NCBI RefSeq assembly: GCF_006345805.1
Contig: NC_043013.1
Location: 16,368,001 to 16,432,000 of the forward strand
DNA from: Octopus sinensis
Taxonomy: Eukaryota
DNA length: 64,000 bases
Direction: 5' to 3'
Shown: positions 38,978-52,246 of the stretch, piece after piece
Layout of the letters: each line of letters begins with the position of its first letter
Numbering within the stretch: position 1 is the first letter of the stretch
Made by a program: the position numbers and the translations under genes
The notes under the pieces: generated by a model
What the model was told of the DNA's origin: nothing
What the model saw: only the letters and a program-made list of their open reading frames with translations
The model's database searches: none

Positions 38978-39612
38978 TAAGTGAGAGAGCAGTGCACGCC
39001 ATCAAAATGGCAATAGGGTAGCGTTATAATCCTTAAAATGTTGAATTGTTATAACGCTAACTTCGGTATACAGTATACCTAGTAAAACCAGTAAAGACAC
39101 GACTGTCTCTGACCGCCTACAACGTACTCTCGTACTTCACGTACTTCTCCTTATTTATAGTGACTAGGTTATTCCAGTCGTCATGTGTACCTTTATTATT
39201 AATTCCCTGCTACAGGTACAAATATACGAAGCCCAATATACCCATCGAGGCACACGTATCACACTCATATGCGCGCGAGATGGAGACCTCATATCACGAT
39301 GAACAGCGCATGACCTTGAAGTAAGAATTTTCTTCAGGTGGAGTAGCCCACCCCACTCAAAAGGTCCCTGAATAAGGTTTGTATTAAGGATGATGAACAA
39401 AACGCCCATGTTTCCAGAGGTGAATTATTCAAACCCCAAAGAATCCCTCTCGACACATGGCTATGATGCTCCTCAACTACTCTAGCTTGTGTTCAGAGAT
39501 GCAAATATCGTCAGCCACTAAGGGACATGCTCAAATGGTTAAGGTCAAACAAGTGACAAGCAAATTCCTAGTATTGAGCAGAATATTTGTTGTAGCCCAT
39601 CTTTTATACCAA
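38978..39612. mobile_element. Unclassified TAA-associated interspersed repeat; copies at 58625-59185 and partly at 40080-40255
   Basis: gtgagagagcag.gca.gccatcaaa ... gtgaattattcaaaccccaaagaatccctctc shared between copies. Confidence 0.7.
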
Positions 39613-39653
39613 GATTATTATTATTACTGTTGTTGTTGTTCCTGTTGTTATTA

Positions 39654-39865
39654 AGGCGGCGAGCTTGCAGAAACGTTAGCACGCTGGACGAAATGCTCAG
39701 CGGTATTTCGCCCGTCGCTGCGTTCTGAGTTCAATTTCTGCTGAGGTCGACTTTTTCTTTCATCCTTTCGGGATCGATAAAATAAGTACCAGTTGAACAT
39801 TGGAGTTGATGTAATTGACTCATCCCAACCTCCCACAAGCTGCCTTTGTGGCAAAAATTTGAAAT
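39654..39865 (+). mobile_element. SINE family A
   Basis: Family A core. Confidence 0.8.
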
Positions 39866-39882
39866 GATTATAACAACAATTC

Positions 39883-39936
<54 letters not shown>

Positions 39937-39982
39937 TAATAATAATATAATAATAATGATAATGATAATGATAATAATAATG

Positions 39983-40013
<31 letters not shown>

Positions 40014-40015
40014 TA

Positions 40016-40076
<61 letters not shown>

Positions 40077-40382
40077 AAATAATCTGATGCAGTACCAGGC
40101 AGTGGTTCTCATTGCTTCTGATCTTAACAGATTGGAAGTGTTATCATGTACATTGTTTTGTCTTGGTATAAAAGACGGGCTACAGCAAATAGTCTGCTCA
40201 ATACCACAGATTTGCTTGTCAGTTGTTTGACCTTAACCAGTTGAGCATGTCCCTTAGTTGCAATTTGAAGACTCCACTAGAGTGGACGAAAGCGCTATTA
40301 TGTGATACATGATACTAATAAATATATGTAAATATAAAACCATCCAGATTTCTGAGTCATTTCTTCTAATATATATATATAT

Positions 40383-40447
<65 letters not shown>

Positions 40448-40452
40448 CAGAC

Positions 40453-40533
<81 letters not shown>

Positions 40534-40563
40534 TGTTTCTTTATTAGCCACACAGGGCTGCAC

Positions 40564-40638
<75 letters not shown>

Positions 40639-40825
40639 ATGCAGCAACCCACTTAGCCACAAATGCCTCAAAGTTTTCTGTATAACCAAAATAACTGTTG
40701 TTTTGTTGTTGTCGTTATGGGATTTTTCGAGATAGAGATAGATGGATAGAGAGAGAAGGAGACAGACAGACAGACGGACAGAAACTACTTAGGATTAACA
40801 GAAAAATCTTTTGAATAACTTCTTG

Positions 40826-41036
40826 ATGTGAAAAAATCTTGTATCTTGAGAGAGTTACTACGCCAATAATATATACATACGCACCGATTCGAGTTCACTT
40901 CTTTATTGCTAATCAGTTGGTTGTTTATGTAACTAACCAATTGACTAACAATAAAGAAGTGAAACGGAATCAGTGCGTGTGCTTATTATTATCGGCGTAA
41001 TAACCCTCCCAAGATAAAGCAAGATCTTTTTAACAC
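40826..41036. repeat. Imperfect hairpin with about 95-bp arms
   Basis: gcaccgattc..ttcacttctttattg.ta.tca.ttggtt / aaccaattgactaacaataaagaagtgaa..gaatcagtgc. Confidence 0.7.
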
Positions 41037-41353
41037 ACTTAATCTTACATAACCAGAGATAGAGTAGACCTTTGCTTATCCAACACCGAAAATTAATAGA
41101 AGTGATACCACTGCTATAAGTTGGAATGTTGTTCAGACTGCAAACCCGTATTCAAAATCATAAAGAGAAGCGATCTTTGCCGTTCTGAAATGTATAACGA
41201 ATTGACAAGCCAAGTGAACATGTCGAACAAAATATTCGAGTTATATTCCGCTTGCAAGCATATGAATAAATTTCTCTTGAAGAATGTCTAGCTGCAAAAC
41301 TTAGAAAGAGTTTGCAAGTATCGGCAGAGCATTCGTTACAATTCACTATACAG

Positions 41354-41748
41354 TGTAGCAGTTTCCGATATCCTCACTGTTTGAGTGACACAGCAGGAAT
41401 GATCTCGTTTGAGATTGCATGCATCTTTGGCTGGGTTGTTTCTGTTGTGCCCACTAGACCCTAGAAGGTCTGGAGTCAAAGACCCTGTATACTGAAAGCA
41501 AACCCTTTTATAAAGAGGAGAAATGGCTCAAACAGAGCCTAGGAAAAGTGTCACGAGACCTTAACCAAAGGCCGTGATTAGTTGGCTTTGGACAGTGGCG
41601 CGAAATAAATAGAGACAAACCGCGCCACATGTCAACCAATCAGATCAGTGGACACAACAGGAAGAACCCAGCCAAAGATGGCTGTAATCTCAAACGAGAT
41701 CATTCCTGCTGTGTCTCTCAAACAGTGAGGATATCAGATACCGCTACA
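41354..41748. mobile_element. MITE/foldback-like element with about 100-bp inverted arms
   Basis: gatatcctcactgtttgag.gacacagcaggaatgatctcgtttgagatt and its reverse complement at about 41686-41735. Confidence 0.7.
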
Positions 41749-42527
41749 ACCGCATCAGATTCGTCAGTTAAACGCCAACATTTGCTTAACTGCGGAATCT
41801 AGAATGTTTTCGATCATAAACCTGACCGATGTGAGCATACCTGGGTTATAGAATCATTCGACAACAATACAAGCGACGATTACAACTAATTGTTCATGCG
41901 TTAAATTTTACATTGACTTCAATAACCGGATTCATCCGCTCGGCGCATAAACTGTAGCCGCGCCTTAAATAGGCCAAAATGAGAACAGGCACTTCAGGAA
42001 TGCTAACATTCAAGTAAATATTCCCCTCCCCACACACTGTTACTACTACTACTACTACTACTACTACACACTACACACACACACCACACACACACACACA
42101 CACACATACACAGAGCTTGCAGCTTTGTGAGACGAAAGAAAGGTTCCAACAATTACATGTAAAAAAAGGATAATAGCTATACATAAAATGTATCCGCGTG
42201 TGTACGTGTGTGCCTGTGTGCCTGTGTATGCGCTGCGCGCCCCCACATACATTCATATATTATACATACATTCATGCCAAAAAAATATAGTATACGATTT
42301 ATATAGGTTACACTTCAGTACAGATTATCTCCAAGATATTAATCGTTTATTTTTTTTTTCTATTTTGTAAAATACCAAGGAGCCCAAGTAAATTTGCAAC
42401 TCTAAACACTGCTTTCTAAAGGTCAATTTTGATTGGGTTTCTCTCGCTACATACATACATACATACATACATACATACATACATACATACATACGTACGT
42501 ACGTACATACATACATACGTACATAAA

Positions 42528-42855
42528 AGGAGCACTCCGTCGGTTACGACGACGAGGGTCCCAGCTGATACAGTCAACGGAACAGCTTGCTCGTGAAATT
42601 AACGTGCAAGTGACTGAGCAATCCACAGGCACGTGTACCCATAACGTAGTTCTCGGGGAGATTCAGCGTGACACAGAGTGTGACAAGGCGGGCCCTTTGA
42701 AATACAGGTACAACTCATTTTTGCCAACTGAGTGGACTGGAGCAACGTGAAATAAAGTGACTTGCTCAAGGACACAATGCGTCGCCTGGAATTGAACTCA
42801 CGACCTTACAATCGTGAGCTGAATGACCTAACCACTAAGCCACGCGCCTTCACAC
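42528..42855 (-). mobile_element. SINE family C variant
   Basis: Tail shared with 31240-31415; tRNA-like head at 42855. Confidence 0.75.
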
Positions 42856-42947
42856 GCACATACATACATACGTACATACATACGTACGTACACAAGCACA
42901 CATAGACAGATAGATAGATAGATAGATAGATAGATAGGCAGACAGAC

Positions 42948-43021
<74 letters not shown>

Positions 43022-43062
43022 GTATATTATATACTATATACAGATTATATCTTTTATCTTTT

Positions 43063-43295
43063 AAGGCGGCGAGCTTGCAGAAACGTTAGCACGCCGGGTG
43101 AAATGCGTAGCCGTATTTCGTCTGCCGTTACGTTCTGAGTTCAAATTCCGCCGAGGTCGTCTTTGCCTTTCATCCTTTCGGGGTCGATAAATAAAGTACC
43201 AGTTTCGCACTGGGGTTGATGTAATCAACTTAAACCCTTTGTCTATTCTTGTTTGTCCCCTCTATGTTTAGCCCCTTGTGGGCAATAAAGAAATA
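43063..43295 (+). mobile_element. SINE family A, long-tail subfamily
   Basis: Core plus tail gccccttgtgggcaataaagaaa. Confidence 0.85.
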
Positions 43296-44435
43296 TCTTT
43301 TATTTTTTTACTTGTATCAGTCATCAGACTGCGACCATGCTGGGGCACCACCCCGGAGAATTTTTTTGCTTTTATTGAATCAATCGACCCCAGTACGTAT
43401 TTTGAATCTTTTCTATTTGGCTGTACCTGTGGAAATTTTAAAGTTTAGTGAAAATTTGAAAAATTTGGTGTATTTATGTAATTTTCCACGCCGAATCTCA
43501 AGAGACTATTCACTTTTTACAGATTTTTTTTCCAAATGTTACATAGGTTTAAAGTTTGATCATTTTTACCCAATCGGAAAACAGGATTTGGAAGCTGTCC
43601 TTGCGTGCGTGACAGCATGTGTTGTCAACTGTAAACAAATGAAATATTGGCGGAATTCCTCTTTACGCACGCCATATACCCCCTCATATCTTTTTTCATT
43701 TTTTGGAATTTTCAGAAAACTTTTTTCGAATTTGTATTCTACACACGGGAATTCATACGATTATGCAAAAATCAAAAACAGGAAAAAAATGTCGAGCATG
43801 ATTTAAGGCTGTTATTTTTAGCACAACTTATACCGCATGTGTTTTAAGTATTAAATAAGCGACAAAAAGAAAACGTGGTAAGCAATTACACAACAGCTTG
43901 TGACTAAAATTACCCCAAATTTACAAACTTTCAATGCTATTAACTATTTATTGATTTATGACGAAAATGAATTTCCTGTCAATGATTACTTTAGAAAACT
44001 ACACAAATACGCCAAATGTGAAATCAATTCGAACAAAAATTGAAGAAATTGAAAAGTGGCAGCCAAGCAGAAAGAGCTCATATTTCTTTAAGCCTGGTAT
44101 TTATTCTATCGGTTTTTTATGCCGAACCGCTAGATTTCAGAGAGATAAACACAGCAGCAGCAGCAGCAATTGTCAATCGGTGGTGGGATACAAGCACACA
44201 CCACACACACACACATTAGATATTATTTGTCCTTATAAAAATCAAAGCTTTTTTTTTTGACCGCTGAAAACACAAAACAGAACTGATAATATTTCAGGCT
44301 TTTCGTGTCATTCAAATTAATTTGACCACTCTGCAGATAACTGTGTACTTATTTTCCGAAAACGGATTGTGGTGGCGGTAGTTGGGGTACTACTTGCTGG
44401 TATATTGGCTCTTATTTCTTATATGTATATATATG

Positions 44436-44492
<57 letters not shown>

Positions 44493-44493
44493 A

Positions 44494-44919
44494 TGGCAGC
44501 CCTTTCTCCCTCTACATAGAAAACAACTGGAAGAGATACCTAGATGACTGTTTTATTCTTTGTCATGAAAATATAGAGAAACTCAAAAAATTCCAAGCAA
44601 TTTTAAATGGACTGGACTTAAAAATCCAATTCACGATGGAATATAGCCAGCAACAACTCCCCTTCCTCGACATCCTCATTAAGAAATCTAATAACGTAAT
44701 AGAAACAGATATATACTATAAGCCTACGGATTCCAAGCAATATCTATCATTCAATTCATGCCACCCCAGAGACACCAGAAGGAATATCCCCTTCAATCTA
44801 GCAAAAAGGATATGTACTATAGTTTCTAATGCAAACATCAGAGACACACGACTACATGAACTAAAAGATACACTCATCACAGGAACTACCCACCTTCACT
44901 AATTGACATATGCATTCAA
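44494..44919 (+). mobile_element. Penelope-like element RT/thumb fragment
   Basis: WKRYLDDCF, QFTME..LPFLDI, YYKPTD..YL.F.SCHP..NIPF.LA.RI motifs of PLE reverse transcriptase; starts in (TA)n and runs into the gap. Confidence 0.88.
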
Positions 44920-45019
44920 NNNNNNNNNNNNNNNNNNNNNNNNNNNNNNNNNNNNNNNNNNNNNNNNNNNNNNNNNNNNNNNNNNNNNNNNNNNNNNNNN
45001 NNNNNNNNNNNNNNNNNNN
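44920..45019. other. Assembly gap (100 N)
   Basis: Run of N. Confidence 1.
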
Positions 45020-45039
45020 ACACATATGTGTTGTGTGTA

Positions 45040-45071
<32 letters not shown>

Positions 45072-45095
45072 GTATTATATATATATATATAGATG

Positions 45096-45126
<31 letters not shown>

Positions 45127-45128
45127 GT

Positions 45129-45165
<37 letters not shown>

Positions 45166-45317
45166 ACGAGCTTCTTTTAGTTTTCCTTATACCAAATCCA
45201 CTCACAAGAATTTAATCGGCCCGAGGCTATAGTTCAAGACACTCGCCCAATGTCACGCAACGGGACTGATCTTGGAACCATGTGGTTGGTAAGCAAGCTA
45301 TTTACCACACAGCCTCT

Positions 45318-45359
<42 letters not shown>

Positions 45360-45672
45360 ATATATATTATATTATTAAAAATTAACAGTTATCGCCAAGC
45401 TATATGGCAGTCCATAATATAAGACTAAAGCTGGGTTTGGCTACTCTGCATTGATAAAGGGCAAATACCCTGAAACATGTCTGCAGATGCCTGACCAGCA
45501 AGAGGAAGTGGCTGGCCTCCCCTGTTCAAAGGTTATAATGGACACAGGTTCGTGTGTCATATAGCGAGCTAGAGGCGATGGCCCCTTGGAGCTAATCAAC
45601 GGCAGCTTTAGTCTTATATTTATGGACTGCCATATTAGCTGGCGATAGCTGTTAATTAAAGTCATCTCATCA

Positions 45673-45719
<47 letters not shown>

Positions 45720-45821
45720 GTTATTATTATTATCATCATCATCATCATCATCATTATCATTATTATATTTATATTGCTAATAATTCTTTATCATATATAT
45801 ATATATATATATATATTATAT

Positions 45822-45852
<31 letters not shown>

Positions 45853-45954
45853 TATATATATATATAGTTATAGATATATATATATATATTAACACCTTCA
45901 GTTTTGGATTTGGTTTTCAAGATTCTTTTATGTGAGTTCGTGTATTGAAGCATA

Positions 45955-46243
45955 TATTGTTGTGTCTGGGGAGAGTCATTCTCTTTTAGTGCCTTATTAT
46001 TTAACACACTCACTCGTAAAGTTTCCACTCATTTACTTATTTATTGTTCCTAAAATTTTCGCTGCGTTTTGCAACTTTTTCAATAGTCGTTGACTCTGTT
46101 TATTATCCGAGCTGCGTTCTTTTTGTTTGTTTGTGCGTATGTGTGTGGTTCAGTGGGTATGCGCATATAAACGCATGTATGTATGCATGCAGGCATGAAT
46201 GTGTGATGTATATATGTATGTATGTGAGTGTGGGTGTGCGCGC

Positions 46244-46285
<42 letters not shown>

Positions 46286-46319
46286 ATATAATATTATATA
46301 TATATATATATATGTATGT

Positions 46320-46369
<50 letters not shown>

Positions 46370-47529
46370 TGTATGGTATGTATGTGTGTGTGTACATTTG
46401 TATGCATGCATCTGTATATTCATGTGCTTGTGTGTGTGTGTGTGTCTCTGTTTCCTTATGTGTGCATGTCTGAATGTGCTTGTGTATGGGTTTTTTTGTG
46501 ACTATGTACTGCGTCTGTACGTATGGGTGTGTGTCTCCATATGTGCCCTTGTGTGAAGTGAAGTGTGTGTGTGTATGGTCACGTGTTTCAGTCTTCATTT
46601 GCGTATGTATGTGTGTATGTGTGCTTGTGCTTGTCTGTTCATATTACCTATGTACCTATTCGTTTGTATGGCTATCTGTTTACATTCATATCCATTTACG
46701 TACATGCATGTGCACATACATATACGTACGTGTATACATATACACACACACACACACACACGTACATACATACATCTACATAATAGCCCACTAACTATTC
46801 TACCTGTATATAAATGTAAACTGTGTGTATAGGGGTATGATTACCTACTACGTATATTTCCTCTTTACTACTGGGGATATTTTATTTATGATAACGTTCT
46901 CTTGTATTTGTCTGAGGGTTGGGTCCCTTGGGTGCTTGGATAAAATGCGGATATCAAGTTGCCCCAGGTTGCCTCCATATTGGTCCTTGGCATGCTAGTA
47001 GAGTAAAGTAAGGGACACATATGTAGACACACGTCCATACATACAGACAGTACATAGTCACAAAAAATCCATACACAGACACACACGGACATGCACACAC
47101 AAGGAGACAGAGGTACAAACTACACACTTGCAAACATAGAAACACTCATAAAAGCACACAAACATGAACACGCAAGCTTATGAATATGCAGAATACATAC
47201 ATGCAAACGTACACACATACATACATATGTACATATGCACACACACATACATGCATACACACATTTACATGCAAGCATGCATGGTTACATACATACATAC
47301 CTACATACATGTGTATGCACACACACACTCGCTGACCCACACACATACGCACAAACAAACAAAAAGAACGCAGCTCGGATAATAAACAGAGTCAACGACT
47401 ATTGAAAAGGTTGCAAGACGCAGCGAAAATTTTAAGAACAATAAATAAGTAAATGGGGAAAATTTACGAGTGAGTGTGTTAAATAATAAGGCACTAAAAG
47501 AGAATGACTCTCCCAAGACACAACAACAT

Positions 47530-47530
<1 letters not shown>
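45955..47530. repeat. Long inverted duplication (arms about 45955-46550 and 47010-47530)
   Basis: The ORF track shows the same peptide [33 protein letters not shown] on opposite strands; DNA anchors match. Confidence 0.85.
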
Positions 47531-47564
<34 letters not shown>

Positions 47565-48414
47565 TATAATATATATGTAATGTATGTATGTATGTTGTAT
47601 GGATGTATGTATGTATGCATGCATGCATGCATGTATGTATGTATGTATATATATATGTATGTATGTATGTATTTATGTATGTATGTATGTATGTATGTAT
47701 GCATTCATTATGTATGTATGTATGTATGGCATATATGTATGTTTGTATATATGTATGTATATATACGTGTATGTGTGTATGTATGTGTATAATTACATAT
47801 GTTTTATTGAAAGTGCTCAGCACATGATTACAATTGCGTTGGGTTTATGATACCAATATGAAATTTACCCACAGAAAGAAAATTATAGCTTTCTGTACAT
47901 ACATCATACATACATACATACATCATACATACATACATACATACATACATACATACATACATACATACATACATACATACATACATACATACATACATGA
48001 AATGACCAATAGATATATGAATGTCAGATTACATATCCTGCAATATGTAGTTAAGTACGTTTTACATTTCAAGTTTAAATCATTGGTTAATAACGTTTTT
48101 ATGTTCTCGCAGCATATTTTAGTTCTTCTGGGATTCTGAAGCCAAACTGTATTTAAATATGTTAATACTAACTTAACATAGCACCACAAAGATGTTTAAC
48201 CTGGAACCAGAAGAACATCTTACAATTTCAGTTTACATATTTACGAATATTTAACTCCAAACACGTATGTGTAATGAGTGATTAATCCCATAAAACAGAA
48301 TATATTTCATGAAACTGAAGACGCTAAAGATTTCCATTTTGCAGGTTCAAAACAATCGTATTCATATTCATATTGACCTCAAAGTGTCTATTAATTGAGT
48401 GGTAACATATGGAA

Positions 48415-48654
48415 ACTTTTGAAGGCGGCGAGCTGGCAGAATCGTTAGCACGCCGGGCGAAATACTTACCGGTATTTCGTCTGCCGCTACGTTCTGAGTT
48501 CAAATTCCGCCGAGGTCGACTTTGCCTTTCATTCTTTCGGGGTCGATAAATTAAGTACCAGTTAAGCACTGGGGTCGATGTAATCGACTTAATACCTATG
48601 TCTGTCCTTGTTTGTCTCCTCTATGTTTAGCCCCTTGTGGGTAATAAAGAAATA
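48415..48654 (+). mobile_element. SINE family A, long-tail subfamily, 14-bp TSD
   Basis: TSD ggtaacatatggaa at 48401-48414 and 48655-48668. Confidence 0.9.
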
Positions 48655-48838
48655 GGTAACATATGGAATGAACTGCTGCACATTTTGTTGATAGTCTTGT
48701 TATTACCTAGATGATATTTCAATGGTTTTAAGATATTTTATTTAACAAATATTTATTTTTCTTTCAGACCTGAAAACTGCCCTTCGGTAAGCACGTTTTT
48801 TGTAATTGTTTGTTTTATTTAGTAAAAGAATTAACAAA

Positions 48839-49786
48839 ATGGAAAACCTGTCATTTGTTTTTGAATCTGGAAACTTTAGCAACACTAGTATGAATTTTAC
48901 TGAAGCCGAATTTCAGGAGATATCATATTTTTGGAAGGACGCGGTTGCTTGTGTTTGTGCCACTATTATGTTCCTTTTTAACGGATTTCTCTTGTGTGTC
49001 GTAAACCAAGACAGAAAGGCTTACAGGAAATGCTATTCGTTGCCATTGCTGAATTATTTACTTAACTACACCTTCTTTGGATTGTTCTATTATTTTTACA
49101 ATGTTCATATTCACATCTATGAAAAGATGTCGCACAGTAGCTGCGTTTTCATCCATATCATGTATACCGTGTTTAAAGATGGAACACGCTGTTTCATACT
49201 TCCGATCTGTATTGATGTTATAGTGCAATATTTTAAGCCGAAACTACACGAGAAACAAAAATTTCTCTCCTTTCAGGCAATTTTTCTTGCTGTTCTTTGG
49301 GGTATTCTCTTCACCCAAACAATTTCAATCCACTCAGGAACGTCAGAAAAAGATTCAAATTTCTGCCTTCTTTACATTCATGTCTCCCTTATATGGTACC
49401 AGATCGGGTTTGCTATATTCTTTGACTGTTTACTGATCATTTGTGTCATTCTCCAGCTATATATAGCGGCTAAACGAGAAGAGCCCTTAACGCTGACATT
49501 CAACACTCTGGCAGCACAAACAACCATAGCTTTGTTCCTGACAGTTCTTGACGTGGTTTCCATATCAGCATCTATTGTTATGTTTGTGTATATGCACTCT
49601 CAACTGATGAATTTGTACAACCTTGTTGACTTTATATACATGATAGCCAGTGTATTGTTACCGTTTTTCTGGCTCTGTGATTCCTCAATACGACAGAGTA
49701 TATGGAAAAAAATGACGAAAGGAAATGCGAAACAAGAAGATACAAAAGAAGATATCGAGTTAACTCCGCGAGAAAAGGAATCTTAA
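48839..49786 (+). CDS. Divergent class A-like GPCR 2, 315 aa, single coding exon
   Basis: First ATG at 48839 (the track start at 48806 is TTG); N-terminal sequons NLS/NFS/NTS/NFT; 7 TMs; C3.25, D3.49, TM4 W, ECL2 Cys, TM7 LPFFWLCD; AATAAA at 49936. Confidence 0.88.
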   Translation: MENLSFVFESGNFSNTSMNFTEAEFQEISYFWKDAVACVCATIMFLFNGFLLCVVNQDRKAYRKCYSLPLLNYLLNYTFFGLFYYFYNVHIHIYEKMSHSSCVFIHIMYTVFKDGTRCFILPICIDVIVQYFKPKLHEKQKFLSFQAIFLAVLWGILFTQTISIHSGTSEKDSNFCLLYIHVSLIWYQIGFAIFFDCLLIICVILQLYIAAKREEPLTLTFNTLAAQTTIALFLTVLDVVSISASIVMFVYMHSQLMNLYNLVDFIYMIASVLLPFFWLCDSSIRQSIWKKMTKGNAKQEDTKEDIELTPREKES

Positions 49787-50611
49787 ACATTTTAAACATT
49801 TATTTATGCATGTATGTGTTTATATATATATATATATGTGTGTTTTTATGTATGTATGTATGTATCTTTGTTTGTTTGTTTGTACCTACATACGTATGTA
49901 TACTCTCCTGCCTTTATAACTATTTGAATTTTTCCAATAAAAATCGAATGTGTTCCAAACAGATAAACGAACCCCAGTCAGAATTTATAGGAACAACAAC
50001 GGCCAAGATATACCTGTTGAATTTTAAGAAAGTCTTGCATACATTTACTGTCTCGTTTACAGATTATATTCGCCAGTATGGGTATTACCTGGTCACTGTT
50101 TTGACCGAAAACCCTCATTTTACGTGCATAAAAATTGGGAATTTGTGACAACGCACAAACAATTTGAGATTGAAATGTAAAAGCATAACATGCTTTAAAA
50201 AAATATATAAGATTCGAAGCATTTGTCTCAAAATATTCTCTTTCTCACTGGCTTTGAAGCAAATGTTCACATTTGGGGGTATCAAATATCTATAACTTTT
50301 CTTTACTGTCCAAAATAACTATATCGGGCTTTTTAAGTAATAAACAATAGAAATATTTTACACATATGCACACACTCACAAGGATACATGTGAGCACACA
50401 GGCTCAAAAGAAGGTAGAGAAATTAGAATTCGAATACCAAAGGTAGAGTGAATTAGTATTCTATCGAGATGCTAAGATGGTGAGATAAGACTATAAAAAT
50501 GTTATGTGAAGTATTTCAGCTTCAACAGAATATTTTACGTATGTATGTATGCCATGATAGATCGTTAGCCACTACACACATTTTTCTTCTCTCCTTGTTT
50601 TTTCTGTGTCC

Positions 50612-50647
50612 CTTTTTGTAGAAGAGCGTAGGCTCGAAACGTAAAAG
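50612..50647 (+). ncRNA. Degenerate minimal hammerhead-like motif in a PLE remnant
   Basis: CTTT-ttgtaga-a-GAGC-gtag-GCTC-GAAA-CG-TA-AAAG; stems intact, core mutated. Confidence 0.4.
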
Positions 50648-50781
50648 ACTTTTTCTATTCCTGAGCGTTATACTAATACATCTGTTTGTTTAGTACACCA
50701 CCAGTCTTCGTCTTTTCTTTTTTTTTTCGTAAACTCCTCCCTATGAATATATATATATATATATATATAATATATATATAT

Positions 50782-50819
<38 letters not shown>

Positions 50820-51512
50820 TCACTGTTTTATATATCCGAAAAAGAAGCATGCTCTAAAGCAGTAATATATTTTATAGGATGTTAAAGACTGAATCTGACG
50901 AGTCGTCAATTGTGCTAAGCGCTTTATGGGTGCGAAGCCAATAGTCACTCTATGACTGACCATAACTTCTAACTTCCTAAAATATATGTATCTGTATGTC
51001 TGTGTGTACGTGTGTGTGTGTAGATAGTCTTTCCTGCAGATAGCTTTGAAAAATATATTGTACTGTTTAACAGCAATATTTCATTAGAAGATCCCATTGT
51101 AATATCCTGCAACATCCTCCACAGAAACCGAGAGAATGGTTAATTTCTTTTGCATTTCCACAGACCAAGTGTTTCGATCCGTTTTTACTCATTAGTTATT
51201 TTACAGCTGTGTACCACTCTCGGATAGAAAATAAATATATATTCAAACGCCGCACGTATGTATATACGTATGTATATACGTATGTATATATATGTGCATG
51301 TATGTTTATACATGCATGTATATGCGTATGTATGTATATAGAGCTGTTTGTAGATGTATATGTACGTATAAAAACCCTTCTCTTTTCCTTTCAAATGTTG
51401 TACTAATGACTACTTCATATATATATATATATATATCAACAATTGAGATAAAATTATTAATTAATCAATATGTGGCAAAGTAATTTATTTTACTAAGCCT
51501 AATTATATAATT

Positions 51513-51545
<33 letters not shown>

Positions 51546-51628
51546 ATATAAGGGTAAATAATTATAATTTTAAAATTAATAATCATTACCAAGTAGTTTC
51601 GTATAACTACTTTTGTAAATTCCTACCG

Positions 51629-51678
<50 letters not shown>

Positions 51679-52246
51679 CAAATAAGAAAGTGATGACGAT
51701 ACAAAATGGACAATGGACAGGCATCAGCCGGTAAACATTCCAGTATGTCTATTTATTCCAACGTATTAGAATATATTAGACGAATACAAATACATTTATT
51801 AGTTGGGTATCAAGTTTGTAAAAAAATATGTATGTGCTTTAGTAAGTGTGAGTGCGCGCGCCTGTGTGTGTGTATGTGTGTATATGCCCGAGCACGCACG
51901 CCTTTGTGTTCATGTTTGCACCGCCGTCATTGCATGGCAACCGGGGTACTTTCGTTCACATACCCGTAAATTAGCATTTCGGTAAAACGAGAACCATAGA
52001 ATAACTAACAGATTTAAAATGAGTACTGGCATCGATGCGGTGCCAAAGTATGGTCGCAGTCCAATAACTAAAAGAAGTGGAATAATGAAAGAATACGAAT
52101 GTACACTTATATTTCTATATAACACTTATATATTTCTATATACCATTAAGCAAAAATAAAATGCAATAAAAATGGCGTCTGGTTTGTATGTTTGTTCTTG
52201 TTTTTGTTTTGTTTTTTTTTTGTTCGTTCCATTATTTTTTTGTTAT

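Noticed and set aside
43249-43806. 185-aa ORF
   Set aside because: Starts in SINE tails with a non-ATG start, has no motif or TM pattern; probably a repeat-derived chance ORF
26473-48654. Sense-oriented young SINE 110-150 bp upstream of both the GPCR 1 and GPCR 2 coding exons
   Set aside because: Different TSDs show independent insertions, and family density makes coincidence likely; absent at GPCR 3
48806-48838. ORF-track start of GPCR 2 at 48806
   Set aside because: TTG start inside a pyrimidine-rich acceptor-like region; the first ATG is at 48839
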